63,743 bases of DNA from Welwitschia mirabilis (Eukaryota). Every line of letters begins with the position of its first letter. Position 1 is the first letter of the stretch. The DNA lies in assembly GCA_051453625.1 (NCBI GenBank), contig JBOZIK010000001.1:6155517-6219259 (forward strand), read 5' to 3'. Under the pieces are notes generated by a model. It saw nothing but the letters and a program-made list of their open reading frames with translations, had not been told where the DNA came from and did not search any database. The translations under genes and the position numbers were made by a program. Of the stretch, positions 26,601 through 40,389 are shown one piece after another.

Positions 26601-28219
26601 NNNNNNNNNNNNNNNNNNNNNNNNNNNNNNNNNNNNNNNNNNNNNNNNNNNNNNNNNNNNNNNNNNNNNNNNNNNNNNNNNNNNNNNNNNNNNNNNNNNN
26701 NNNNNNNNNNNNNNNNNNNNNNNNNNNNNNNNNNNNNNNNNNNNNNNNNNNNNNNNNNNNNNNNNNNNNNNNNNNNNNNNNNNNNNNNNNNNNNNNNNNN
26801 NNNNNNNNNNNNNNNNNNNNNNNNNNNNNNNNNNNNNNNNNNNNNNNNNNNNNNNNGCAACAAAGTCAATAAGATTAAAAGCATTAGGTCATTTTGTTAA
26901 ATAACATATTAGGTCTTAGCAAAGGTTGCCTATATGGCTTAATCAAGGCTTCATTTTTCTAGAAATTGTTAGTTCAAAATTCAATCTATTGTAATTGGTA
27001 TCTTGATATCTTCCTATCAAATGTGGAACTAAAATACTTGTAAATTAGGCGCACCAATTTTGAAATCTCCTTGGTCATAAAGAAAAAATGAATTTGTCTT
27101 CACATTACAACATGGAATGCCTCTTTCATATCTTCATCTCAAACATCTCCTAGTACTATAGTTACATCATCAGATAATAATATTGAAACCATAAAATATC
27201 TTTAAGATTTAAGCCATTGAAAAGCCTAATAGAATTTTANNNNNNNNNNNNNNNNNNNNNNNNNNNNNNNNNNNNNNNNNNNNNNNNNNNNNNNNNNNNN
27301 NNNNNNNNNNNNNNNNNNNNNNNNNNNNNNNNNNNNNNNATCATCAGATAATAATATTTAAACCATAAAATATCTTTAAGATTTAAGCCATTGAAAAGCC
27401 TAATAGAATTTTACTTTTTGTAGAAATGTAGTTTATGTGCCTTACATTTGTGAATAAACTATAAAAGTGAGAAAACAATACTCCTTTTATAATATCCTAC
27501 TCTTTTGACATAACATATAACATGACCCCTTTTATTTTAAGACATTAATAGAAGTGGCAACTTAATCTACAATATCGATCAAATGTTAATAAACCTTATT
27601 GCCATTTAGATTGGTGTTGACATGTAAAAAAGTTAAAACATTAGTAACTTTGGACTAGGGTTACACATTTAGGAATAACATAAGGTAACAAAAATTCAAT
27701 TGAATGGTAGTCAAAGTTTATGTTTATGTTTAAAATTAAAAACTTATGTACTAAATGCAATGTTGGCATGCAAAAAAAGTAAAACATTAGTATATGAAAA
27801 TAACATATGTTTTAAGGACATGAATGAAAATGAGATTTATACCCAAAGTTCAAGACTATCTGAATGGTTTTATATATATAAAAGGACTTCTACCATCATA
27901 TTTTGTTAAGGGGTCTTTCGATTAGACAAACATCCCATATGTTAGACTACCATAGTTGGGTACTTTAACACTATATTACTATTAGACTAGCTAATATTTA
28001 TTCTAGATTCTCACTATTGTTGATGTTCTTCTATGATAGTTTACCTTGTGTTGAGACTATTATAGAAATACATATAATGAAATCATTATATCCATCATCG
28101 TCATCTGATAAATCCATCTATGTGAGGAACAAGGGCTAGATGTTTATGAAGAGGTATTACATATGCAATTACATCTAAAGTTATTCTTATAACTTTAAAA
28201 ATATCATGTACTTATTTGT

Positions 28220-31200
28220 CTAGTATTAATATGTATAGGACATGTAAGAAGTATGAGAATGGTGTAAAGAAGTTCATAGATTTTGCAATTAACAATTCTT
28301 TTAGTTCTCAAGGCATACTTTATGCATGTGTAAAATGCCGCAACCCTTGTTATCGACAATCAAATATAGTTTTTGAGCATCTTTTATGTAAAGGCATGGA
28401 TAATACATACATAAAATAGATTATGCATGGGAAAGAATTAGAATAATGCTATGAAAAATGTAGTAATAAAAATATAATACAAGATGATCCTATTTCCATG
28501 ATGAAATAAGCCTTTATGTTCTTTAATGAGGGGGAGTAATCACATAAAGAAAAAACCATCATGGATTTCTCAAATTCTAATAACTTCAATGGTGATGTAA
28601 AAAAAATGCAAAATATGATAGGTTAATTAAAGAAGGTAAGGAGCCATTGTACCCTAATTGCATAAAATATACAAAGCTTTCTATGATTATCAAATTACTT
28701 ACCATTAAAGGAATGGGTGCATGGTCAAATTCAACATTTTCAATATTGCTTGGTCTCTTTCATGAATTCTTTCTAGAAGGTAATACAATTCCATGTTATT
28801 ATAATCAATTGAAAAGGACACTTCACTCCCTAGGTATGAAATATGATAAATTACATGCATTCCTTAATGACTGTGTGTTATATTAGAAGGAGCATGAGAA
28901 TAAAAATAAATGTGCTCAGTGTGATGCGTCTAGATGGAAATCAAAGAGAGATACCAAGGACAGTAAGCTAGACAAAAGATTACCTATCAAAGTGTTGCAA
29001 TACTTTCCATTAATTCCAAAGCTACAAAGGCTTTATGCATCATTCACAATAGTGGAACATAAGATATAACATTCAAAAAGGTAGATAGACCATGACATAA
29101 TGCAACATCCAACAAATGCTCTATTATAGAAAAATATTAATGAATCATACAATGAATTTAAGCTTGAACCTAGACATGTAAGGCTTGATATTACAACAGA
29201 TGGATTTAATCCTTTTGAGGTGCTTTCCACTTCTTATAGTTGTTGGCAAGTTATGATGGTTGTCTATAACTTACCATCCTGGCTATGCATGACAAGGTCT
29301 TAGGTAATAGTTTCTTTACTCATACCCAGGCCTATAACCAGGAAAAGATATTGATGTGTACCTTCAACCTCTTATTAAAGAATTGAAGCTACTATGGTAT
29401 GAGAAAGTAAAAAAACACTTGATACACTAAAAAAGGAGTTATTTATCAGAAAAGCAGTGCTGTTTTGGACCATAAATGATTTTCCAGCATATGGAAACAT
29501 TTTAGGATGGAGCACGAAGGGGATATTAGCATGTATCATATGTGCTTATAATACCAATTTCCTATGGTTGTCTCATAATAGGAAACATTGTTACCAAGGG
29601 CATAGAAGATTCCTTAATAAAAATCATAGGTATAGACAAATGAATAGACCTTTAAATGGTCAAGTAGAAGAAGAATAAAAAGAAGAACCCACGCCATTAA
29701 GTAGTGAAGAGATTATTTTCCAACTTGATAACATGGATTTTACTTAGGGGAAGTGCATTTTTAAACATTAATAAAAAAAGGCAAAAATGCCAAAACATGG
29801 AAAGCAAGAAAACCATTTAAAGGTCACTCCACCTAGTAAATTTAAAAGATCACAAAATAAATGCAAGAAACCCAATTTGTGCATTCCAGGAGAAGAACAT
29901 AGCAATAGATGAAAAAAGAGATCAATACTATTTAATCTCCCATATTAAAAGGCAATAAAAGTTTATAAAATAATTTAACAATAAATTATTTTACTTTCTT
30001 ATGATTTCATTTAATAACTTTTTTATTTCTAACATGTACACAAAAACATGATATTCAACACAATTTGGATGTTATGCATATTGAAAGAAATATCTCTAAT
30101 AGCTTGGTAAGAAAAATCTTTAACATTAAATAAAAATCAAAGGATAAGCTTGAAGCATTACTTGATCTAAAAGAGCTAGGTCTCAGAGATGAACTTTCAC
30201 CTATTATGATGAGCAATGGTAAAAAGACATTCCTTGCACCTGCTAGTTTTGTGATGTTAGTAAGAAAAAAGAATTCTTTTCTTAATATGTTATCAGAATT
30301 GAAACTTCCAGAGGGGCATGCATCAAATATTCATAGATGTATCCTATAAAAAGAACATAGACTTTCTATCTTAAGAGTTATGACTACCATGTCCTTTTGC
30401 AACTTATTCTTCCCATTGCTTTTCATTACTTGCTTCCATGTAAGGTGCGTCCATTAATAATTCAAATGTTTTTATTATTCAAGGAGATTTATCATAAGGA
30501 AATTAATATAAAAATCTTGGGAGAACTAAAATTAAGAATTTCTATCATACTTTGTGATCTTGAGAGAATATTTCCTCTAACTTTCTTTGATATCATGATG
30601 TATTTACCTATTCATTTGGCAAGGGAGGTCAGGTTTTGTAGACCCGTGCAATATTGATAGATGTATCCTATAGAAAGGTAATAAACATATTTATTTTTTC
30701 CCCCATAAATTTATATTGTTAATAATTATGAACTAACTATGAAGTTTTAACATGTCTACTATTTAGGTTCTTGAAAGTTTTAAAGGGGTATGTCAATGTT
30801 GCGATCCCAAATTGTCATGTTTTAATGGTGTAATTGGAGATGTTTTACAAGCAATAGGATCTCAATTCAATCATTTTCAGGCATTTTATCATGAACTGAT
30901 CCAACAATCTAATTATGACATTAATGCCATATTTTCATCTAGAAAATCAAGAATTCAAACAAGGAATAAAGTGGAGGAAAAAGTGGAGGAGAAGACCAAA
31001 AAAATTATTGTCTTCCCCTTTATCATTCCCAAGACAGCGGGCATGACAACTCGAAGGAGGCTAGCTTAGGCTGACTTGGTGAGGTTGACGTGGCTTGCTG
31101 ACATGGTTGTCATGGTGCATGTCATCCCCATGACACTAGAGATAAGCCATTTATTTGTGAATTCAAATACCAACTGGATTTTGACATGGCTGGCTATGAT

Positions 31201-33180
31201 TGGAAGATGAAGGAGTGTCATGTCCATTGTCATCCCCACAATGACGATAATACAATAGTTTCATAACTTCTTCTTAACCGAGTCAATTAAGGTTTAGTTT
31301 ATGCTTAATGATGCCCCTTCCCCTGTACTAACCTCCCTGACCTGTAACCACCCTAGGAAAGCTATAAAAACCTCCATTTAGCATCATTTAGACATCTTTT
31401 TAGCATTAAAGGATTGGTGACAAAAGCATCTAAGGAGTCAAGGGTCTGTTTCAGCATAGGAGAGATTGTTCTTGGTGATTAGGCTATGGTTCTAACATTG
31501 AGGAGTCACTACCTTGCTGAGGTGATTGTAAGACATTCCATTGATTTAATAAAATGTCTTTATTCTTCTATTCTTATAATGTCTCTTATGATTTGTGTTA
31601 AAGTTGGATTAATACTATTTCTTAGATGAATTCCAAATTAGACACAAGTCATATGGGCTGAGTTGGGTGGCAACAACTCAGAAATTTGGTTATCATAGGC
31701 TTGCATTTCATTTCTCTTTCATAATTTGCATTGTACGATTAGAATATTTGCATTATCAATTTCCTTTTTGCATGACAAAAACACAAAATTGATTTAAACA
31801 TTTGATTGTAATTCAAGTTATATTCTTTCTTATTTATGTGCTTGATTAGATCGTTGCCTTATGCTCTCCAGATTACGATATTCATTGCTTAATTCACCCT
31901 ATACTAACCCTAATTGCAATTTACTTGTTTTAAGAATTGATTACTTTTGAAGTGTAAATTTAGGACACCAATAGTGAAAAAAAAAAAAAGAACAAAATAA
32001 AGGAATGCATTTCAGAAGCTTTTATTATAGAAGAAGCATTAATTTTTTGTAGTAAGTACATGATAAATATCGATACATTAAAAAATTGATTATAATGCAA
32101 TAAAGTTCTCAACAATGACTTCATTGAATCATCTATATATCCAAAAGGAAGATTATTAGGTGCAACAAATAGAATTCTATCGAGTGAAATAGAAAATGAA
32201 CAGGCACATAGATATGTGTTGTTTAATACCTCATGCATTGAATCATATGTGAAGTAAGTCAATCAGGATTTCATTATTTTATTGTTATTATATACATTCT
32301 TAATTTTATTTTTGGATAATCAACATCTACAAGAAATTCGTAGAGGCTTTTCATGAATGACAAAGTATAGAGATCGTTGTACTACTTGGTTTGAAGAACA
32401 TGTAATGTATGATACATTCTATATAAAGTTATTAATGGCTATGCAATTATGATGTCTAAAATATGTATACATATAAATTTTTTGATGTTTTAGATTTACA
32501 TGTTAAGGGAAAAAGCAATGCTTAATGAAGAATAAGAAAAAGAAGTAAAATGGTTGTCACATTGTCCAAGTAGGCATGCATAAAGGTACAAGGAATACCT
32601 AATTAATGGGTATTAGATTTCATGTAAAGGAGAGAAATGCAGAGTTAACATGTTAAAATAGTGGAGTTTCTATTATTACAAATACTCCATGTATATCAAC
32701 TGTAAAGTATAACAATCTCATAAGTAATTATGTAAAATATTATGGTATCTTGAAAGATATAGTCATATTAGATTATAGTTTTATATTTAATGTTGTAATC
32801 TTAAATGTGAATGGTTTGATGTTTTTCAATAAGCTGACATCAAGAAGAATGAGTATGATTTCATGCTTATTAACACAAGTAAATATGTCAGGGCTGATTA
32901 TGAATGAGATGAACCATTCATATTAGCTAGTCAAGCATCACATGTTTTCTATGTAAGGAACATTGAGAATCCTTCATAAAGTATTGTAGCAACATTTAAT
33001 CCAAGATATATTTATGATGAGAGTGAAAATATAGAATTTTCTAAAGTGGAAGAGGATAGGGAAGATAATTTGACATCCTTACACCATAGTTACCTCCTTG
33101 ATAAGGAGAATGATGCTAAAGTTAAAAACATAAAGTGGACTTATATAGATTCAGATGCTATTATGGTTGATGCTTGGAAT
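28220..33180 (+). pseudogene. CACTA TnpD/Tnp2 transposase pseudogene (multi-exon)
   Basis: CVKCRN, DGFNPF, IDVYLQPLIKELKLLW, WTINDFPAYGNILGWSTKG, HNLDVMHIERN, LPEGHASNI, FFDIMMYLPIHLAREV, MYPIER, YYGILKDI, DEPFILASQASHVFYV. Stops and frameshifts; split by a solo LTR at 30797. Confidence 0.93.
30797..31973 (+). mobile_element. Solo LTR (Gypsy/Athila-like family) inserted in a transposase exon
   Basis: Begins TGTTG, ends CAATA (CAACA with one change). TSD gtcaa (30792-30796) / gtgaa (31974-31978). Transposase reads LKGYV before and ECISEAFIIEEALIFCSKY after. Confidence 0.8.
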
Positions 33181-33989
33181 TTACAAGCTTCAGATTGTTC
33201 ACAATACGCATGTTATAAAAGAGTATACATTTATGTTCACTTAGAATATTAAATAATTAATATAGTTTTCATATCTATTTTATCTTATGATATTAATTTA
33301 TGTGAATAGTACTTGTAGCTATGTTATTGAAAGTAAGGAGGACATTAGGGGTGGTTCTTAGTTATCTTTGTTTTCATCTACTAGAGGTATGTTGATCAAG
33401 TTAGTAATTTTTTCTTTTTACATCATGGTATTTATTTTTACATTATTTATAGAATTAGGTTATGAAAATATAAGTTGTAGTTGAAAATATAAGTTAGAAA
33501 ATCAAATTATATTGGAAAATTTTAAAAACCATCATCATGTTCTTGATAGTTTAAAAGAATTAGTACATGCTAGTCTTAATTGATTTAATTTTAATAATTA
33601 ATATAAACTTCTTAACATAGTTTTTTTTAAGATATCCTCTAAGTACAAATATATTCTTTGAATATATTGAGGGATAAGAGCCTTCTTATGGGTATAAGAA
33701 AAAGAGGAAGAAGAAGGAACATGGAACCTTCTAATAGTATAGGATTTACCAATAAGAATATTATTTTTTCAAAATATTTTATGTGTGCATGTATAAAAAT
33801 TAAGTTTTATTTTGAAATATCATTCACTCATAAATAGTTCTTTCTCTATAAGTACTGATAATGTTAATGATTCTCCACAACAAGAGCAAAGAATATCTGA
33901 TACTGTTATAGGTAATAATAGATAGATATTTAAGAGTAATCACTTCATTACTTTATTTTGTTTTTATTAATTAGATTTTTTAATATATA

Positions 33990-35270
33990 GGAGAAGGTGG
34001 TGCTAGCTCCAATTCCACAAAAAGAGGAAAAGCAAAATGCCTTGACTTAGCCAAAATTTGGCCCAATGAGAAGATACAAATGAGATGGAATAAGAAAGGC
34101 TAAGCAATTGGTCCAAATAGAGAAAAATTATCATTCTACTTGGGGAAAATATTAAGGGATAATATAATTACACTGAAAAAATATAAAAATTACAGAGCAC
34201 TACCTAAGCATTTAAAAAATGATTTATGGGATATGGTCAATATATGTTATTATTCAATAATTATTTCATACACACATATAACTTGTGATTATTACATTCC
34301 ATTTTAATACATGTCAAACATATAGCAAAAATTTGAAGTGTCTAAAGAGAATAAGAACTTTGTATTCAAAAAGATGTGTAAACCATGGTGTGAACAAAAA
34401 AATAAAGTGGAAAAGGACTTTTATGATGCTTATAAGAATGATGCAGATAAGCTTGCACATGTTCTTGGGAATTTCAACTACAACAATGGCAAGAGATGGT
34501 GGCATATTTGAGTTTAAACAAATGGCAAGTATGTAAGATGCATCTTAAGAGTTTTAACCTAGAATACATTCTAAAATAATTATAGACATATTCTTAACAT
34601 TCAAATTTTCTATATGTTAATAGGAATTAAGACAAAGAAACAAAAGATGTAATAGGCAACAAGTTTACATCATATCAGTGGAAGAAAACCTATGGAACAA
34701 ATAGAAGATGATATGGTGATAAACTATTGAATTAATAAGAACAAATGTTTTTCCAATGTGTTATTTCTAATGTTAATACTGATTATTATAGAGAGTGAAG
34801 ACATGAGATATTTCAAAAATAATAGATCATGTAAATCTATGGAAAAAATGCATACATTAGGTTAGATGGATCAACAGCTACATCAAAAGCTATTAAAATT
34901 ATTATAAGTAGTAATTACTTAATTTATAATACTCTAAACATACATTGTCTGAACAACTTTCATATCATTTTATGCAAGAGAAAATAAATAAAGTGATTGA
35001 AGAAAATCCAAATAACATGTTAACTACTAGATATGCTTCCATTGCATGTGTGCTAGATCTTGAGTATCCTAGTAGATTTTGTGCTATCCGTGATTTTGTA
35101 ATAATTAAAAGTTTCTTTCTAAGGAAAACATCTTCTATGAGCTCATCTCAAGTTATTCATAATTTAAATGAACTTAGAAAGGAGAATAAGTATTTTAAAA
35201 TAAATTAGCAAGTATGGAAGAAAAAATTTCAAAAATTATGAATATGTTGTAATAAGCAGGTCCTTTGGTA
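33990..35270 (+). pseudogene. CACTA TnpA-like (Ptta/Transposase_24) ORF remnant
   Basis: Exon chain downstream of TnpD with KRGKAKC, WNKKG*AIGPNREKLSFYLG, HISGRK and DHVNLWKKCIH-like motifs; position typical of TnpA. Confidence 0.6.
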
Positions 35271-35407
35271 AGAATGCAACTTCATTTTTTGTAATGTCAA
35301 TATACTTNNNNNNNNNNNNNNNNNNNNNNNNNNNNNNNNNNNNNNNNNNNNNNNNNNNNNNNNNNNNNNNNNNNNNNNNNNNNNNNNNNNNNNNNNNNNN
35401 NNNNNNN

Positions 35408-37897
35408 TGGTATTAATTTTGGACAAGTCCCTATCTTTTATGATAATACTAGTTCTAAAAACATATCTAAAAATTCTGTTCAGCACTTAAGAATCAAACA
35501 TATTAAGATAAGGCACAATTTTTAAAAAGATCAAATAGAAAAAGAACAAATTTCTATGACTTTTGTGAGTATAGATAAATAACTAGTAGATATTTTTACT
35601 AAACCCCTAAATTTTAATACTTTTCCTCATCTGTGAAATGAACTAGGGATTATCTCATTATCCTTTGGCTGATTGTAGGATGATCAACCAAATCCTTGAT
35701 TTGGAATGAAATCCAAGTTGCCCAGACCCTATTAGTTNNNNNNNNNNCAAAAAAGCTAGAAGTATAGAATGGAAAGTAATCATAGAATATAAATTGCATT
35801 ATCTGTTTCACTCTTTTCTATATGCTTTTGTTTGTTCTCTATTTTTGCTCTAATGTGTTTTTCTCTTCTTTGTCATTGATGCCAAAAAGGGGAGAATTAG
35901 TTGTATTGTTAATATGCTTTTAGAAGTAGTCTGCTCTTGATGAATACTTTTACGTTCTACTATCTATTTTAGTGAAATAAAAATGCACTTGTTTTTATGC
36001 TCTTCAATTTGTGTCTCAAAATTTTTAGTGCAAATCTAATTTTCCTATAAACTTAAATTTTTGATACACCAATCATTTAGGATAAAAATGTTATTTCTCC
36101 TATATATGTGTAAGTCCACTTTTAATTATCAATAAACAAAATGTTCAAAAAATAGAATGATTAAGATATGGTTAAAAATTATTTTCCATAAACATTTTAA
36201 CATTTTATAAACTCTCCAAATGTGTACCTCAAAATTGTTTTAATGTTAGTACAAATTGAAACTTATGAAAATGTGTTCATTTTGTATAAAAAGGCTTAAT
36301 ATTTTTAAAAAGCTTAATAGGCACATCGTGAGGGGAAGATTTCTTAATTTTAATATTTTACAACTAAGGAATGTTTACCATCAATGTTAAAGGGGGAGAT
36401 TGTTAGATTATGTATTCCCAATTGATGTTAAACTAATGTTTTCTGTGAAGCAAATTTTATGTATCTTGTGCAAAAAATATTAACCACTTGCAGGTTAGAT
36501 GCTAAATCTAAGAATGTCACATTGTGACCATTAGAAATTTGTCAAGTATACTTATCCTCTTAAGCGATCGACCTAACTTCTAATGGATCAATCGCACTTG
36601 GATCATACTCTCAGAATTGACTTGAATTTAGAGGGATTGACTAGACTTCTAAGGGGTTGACCGGACCTAAGAACTAGTGCTTCTAAATAGATTGTTAAGG
36701 GGTTGATTTTACTTATGAGGGATCGACTAACCTGAGCACTGTGCACCTAATATTCCTAAGCTGATCATCAAGGGGTTGACCAGACCTAATGTAGAATATT
36801 AGAATGGACTTTTATCAAGATAAGCGAGTGACCAAAAATTTATACGGGTGACTGGATAAGGGGTCAGCTGGACCTTAAGGGCTTAATCAGACATGAAAGC
36901 ATAAGAATCTAGAGTGACTGAAAAGTTCACTCGCATGACCTATTTAAGTCACGACACTAAGAGGGGTTGACTGGACATTTAAGGGGTCAACCGACTAGAA
37001 TGAAAATGAAATTATATATTAGTTCTGTATCCATTTTGTAGCCATTTATAGCCGTTGGAAGCGCATTTTTAATTGTAATAACCTAAAAGCCTTTTATTAT
37101 AAATAGTCAAGAGAGAAATCACTAGAAGAACTTTTTGATCTTTGGTTGAATGATTAAAAACTATGATTTATTAGTATACTAGCTTGATATTGTATTCTTG
37201 ACTAAGAAAGGGCTATCATCTATTATATCTGTGGATTCAAGGTCAGATCTTGTACTTCATTATTCATAGTTTGTATCATCCATAAAAGAAGAGCTCTATT
37301 ATATTCATTATACTGAAGAACGAGTGATATCAGTGCACCAAGGTATTTTACCATTACTATCACATCATCTAAATGTTGAGACTTAGCCTCCAAAGTCTAT
37401 TAAAAAGGTTGAGACTTAGCCCATAAAAGTCCATATGTAAAGGTTACAAATGAACCTACAATAACTGGAAAAGTTCATAGAGATCCAGATCGGACTTGGT
37501 AATAAGTTAATCATCGAGAGTGGAGCACAAGATTTCCTAAACCACTATAAAACTTAGATGCATGTGATCAGTATTTTTATGCTTCTTGTTATTTTCATTT
37601 TTCTAAATACTTTTAGTTATATGAATAAGTTTTCTAGTGATTTATCTCAAGTAAGTTTGTATTGTAAGTTTATTTGAATATTTTTCAGAACCTATTCACC
37701 CCCTCNNNNNNNNNNNNNNNNNNNNNNNNNNNNNNNNNNNNNNNNNNNNNNNNNNNNNNNNNNNNNNNNNNNNNNNNNNNNNNNNNNNNNNNNNNNNNNN
37801 NNNNNTGATTTATCTCAAGTAAGTTTGTATTGTAAGTTTATTTGAATATTTTTTAGAACCTGTTCACACCCTCCTCTAGGGTTCTCGATTCCCATTA
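35408..37897 (+). mobile_element. 3' portion of a SIRE/Maximus-type Copia element nested in the CACTA (RNase H tail, pre-LTR region, LTR 36401 to about 37897)
   Basis: RIKHIKIRH..LVDIFTKPL; several PPT-like tracts (aaaaaggggaga about 35884, aagggggagat 36390-36400), then TGTTAG. LTR has ggggtcgac-type repeats and a cctattcacccc end motif. Confidence 0.8.
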
Positions 37898-38349
37898 GTT
37901 ATTTCTCTTAAAATAGCCTTTCTAGAAACTAGGTTGGACTTTAGATTACTTCTCTCTATGAACCTTTTTATTCTTGTCTTGATCACTTACCATCTAGAAG
38001 CATGTTATTGATATGGTCTTCTATATTGTACTTCTCACACTTTCAAGAGTTCTTTCTCTATATTGGCATAAGATGTTTGTATAAACTAGAATCAATAGAT
38101 GTCTTGCTTGATTAACATGTGCTTTCATGTGGATGCTTTAAAAATCATTAGTAGGGATTGGAAACTAAGGATAGATTAAAAAAAACTTCAAGATTCCATT
38201 GAATTGGATGTAGTAGAGAGTTTAAAAAATTGTTAGTTAGTTGTCCCCTATGTTGCAAACATGCCAATAATAAAATATTTTATTTATTTGCAAGCTTTTA
38301 AAAAGATGCATGTATTATAATTGCAAAACTTTACTAAGATATTTTTCAG

Positions 38350-40385
38350 CATAATTTACAATAATGGAAGATCCAGAGGTATTTATCATTTCTCTTAGCT
38401 TATTAATAATTATTTAAAAAAATTTGTTAGTGTATTATATAAAGCATGTAGTCTTCTTATTGCACCTTCATGCTATGCATTTAACTAATTTGGCCTTCAT
38501 TATCTTGACAACATTTTCAACTACTTTAAGCCTCCAGACATTGTGAGAAAAAAAGACTAAATTGGCTCATAAGGTTTCAAATGTAGGTAATTTGTATGCA
38601 ACGTTGTGTAAATCTACTTTCATAAGGTTTTGTGAGTCTATCTAGTATAATGTTGTTAACTTTTATACAATTTTAATAGTAATTTATTAGTAATTTTTGA
38701 TACTTAAATCTTAGAAATTAATTAATCTAACTAATTTGAAAAATATACTTTATATGCATACCATTAAATTTCAGCTACACCCAAAGGAGAGAATTATTAT
38801 AATTATCTTAATGACTATCTCATGAGATCTTAAAGACATAGAATAAATGATGTCTATTTTCAAATGAGCCATACACTATACCTATAGGATGCTAAATATC
38901 ACTACAGAACATGATTTATCCATGTAAATGTACATGAAATATAGGAGTTTTGTCTACGAATGATTATACAGTTTGGGGGTTATAGATATTGGTCTTTGAG
39001 TGGCTCGTTTTTCATGGGTTTCAATGTTGATTATCATCTTTCTATAGACAATGGATATTTCCCATAATGTTGGAACAAAAAAATTCATTGTTTAAGGCTA
39101 GGTATCTATCTAAATGTAGCCTTGATATTTTTTATGGGTATAAAATATTGTCAATTATGGTTGTGGTTTGTATTTATATGCTTGAGGAATGTGGGATGGG
39201 GATATAAAAGAAAGGTAGAATAATTCAATTACTAGTGTTTGATTGAGTAATTTGGCTTCTAAGATGATTTTCATAGAGTAATTAATCTAATAAACTCATA
39301 TTAGAGTAACTATGGTAAAAAAGGCAATGGCTAATAAAAACATATATCTAGGATTACATCTCTTATGTATTTAGCATTACATCTCTAAACCTGACATTAA
39401 ACCTTGTTATGAGAGTTAATTAATAAAACATTCTATCATTGGTATTGTTATCAGAGGTTGATGTTTAATGTTTCTTGAATATAAATAAGAATTATGCATA
39501 GCTTAATATTTATTTCATGAACTTTGGGTGAGAAATGTTCAATAGGAAATTACTCTAGTAATTTCTTGTTCTTATCAAACATAAATACATATATCAATAA
39601 ATCATTTCAAGACACATGTAAGCAGTGTCCAACATACATTTAAAATTACATTGCTATGATGATCACCAGACTTAAAATCAAACTTAGAAAAGTATCTTCC
39701 TCTATAATTTTCTAAATTAAGAATTTCCTTATTCTACATAAGTAATTTGATATCAACTATTATAGCACTTAACCGAGTGTAATTAATGACTATATAAGTT
39801 TTTCATCTTTTTTATTGTAAATGATTTCTTACTATTATAGCATTTAGTAATTGAAATTAACTTTCATTGACTTTGCTACTTTTGTAGCTACTTTATCAGA
39901 AAGGAAGGAAATGTGTATTCCCATTGCACCTTTGTAACTATTAGAAACATAGAGGCATCAGATTCTCTTTCAGTAAAGATCACTTTTAATCTAGAAATGA
40001 TATTGTAAATACTAAGACTTTTTGATCATAGCCTTGATAACTACTTTGATTTCTTTCACTCTCCTTTAAGGTAAAATTAGAAGAATGCTTCTTACATTTT
40101 ATGAAATGTTATTAACTTATTTAGATTTAAGTGTTTCATGACATAAAAGCCTCTGCTTCTAGCATAAAAATGAAAAGACTTTAATGTCTGTAAATTCTTT
40201 CACTATCTAATTTGCTTTTTATGTAGTTGCATATGCTATCCTGCTCTGTACAATGTAGGTAATTTTTAGATGTAGCATGATAGCAGTATGATCACTTTTA
40301 TTGGTTCAGGATCATCATAGATACCATGCATACATGAGGGATTTGATAGGAAAGTAATAGAAGTAGTATAATTACTCACAGGGAT
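38350..40385 (+). pseudogene. Unidentified degenerate exon chain inside the CACTA
   Basis: Segments bounded mostly by AG/GT at 38350-38378, about 38521-38586, 38775-39101, 39888-40070, 40227-40258 and from 40310. Identity and frame not resolved. Confidence 0.45.
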
Positions 40386-40389
40386 ACGT

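Noticed and set aside
26380-26904. Long ORFs in the track here and at 49356-49994 and 54667-55207
   Set aside because: They consist almost entirely of N-gap codons.
36560-37000. Regularly spaced palindromic ggggtcgacc/ggggttgac repeats (also 48855-49380), superficially CRISPR-like
   Set aside because: Units and spacers are mutually similar and degenerate, lie inside SIRE LTRs of a plant genome, and no cas genes are present.
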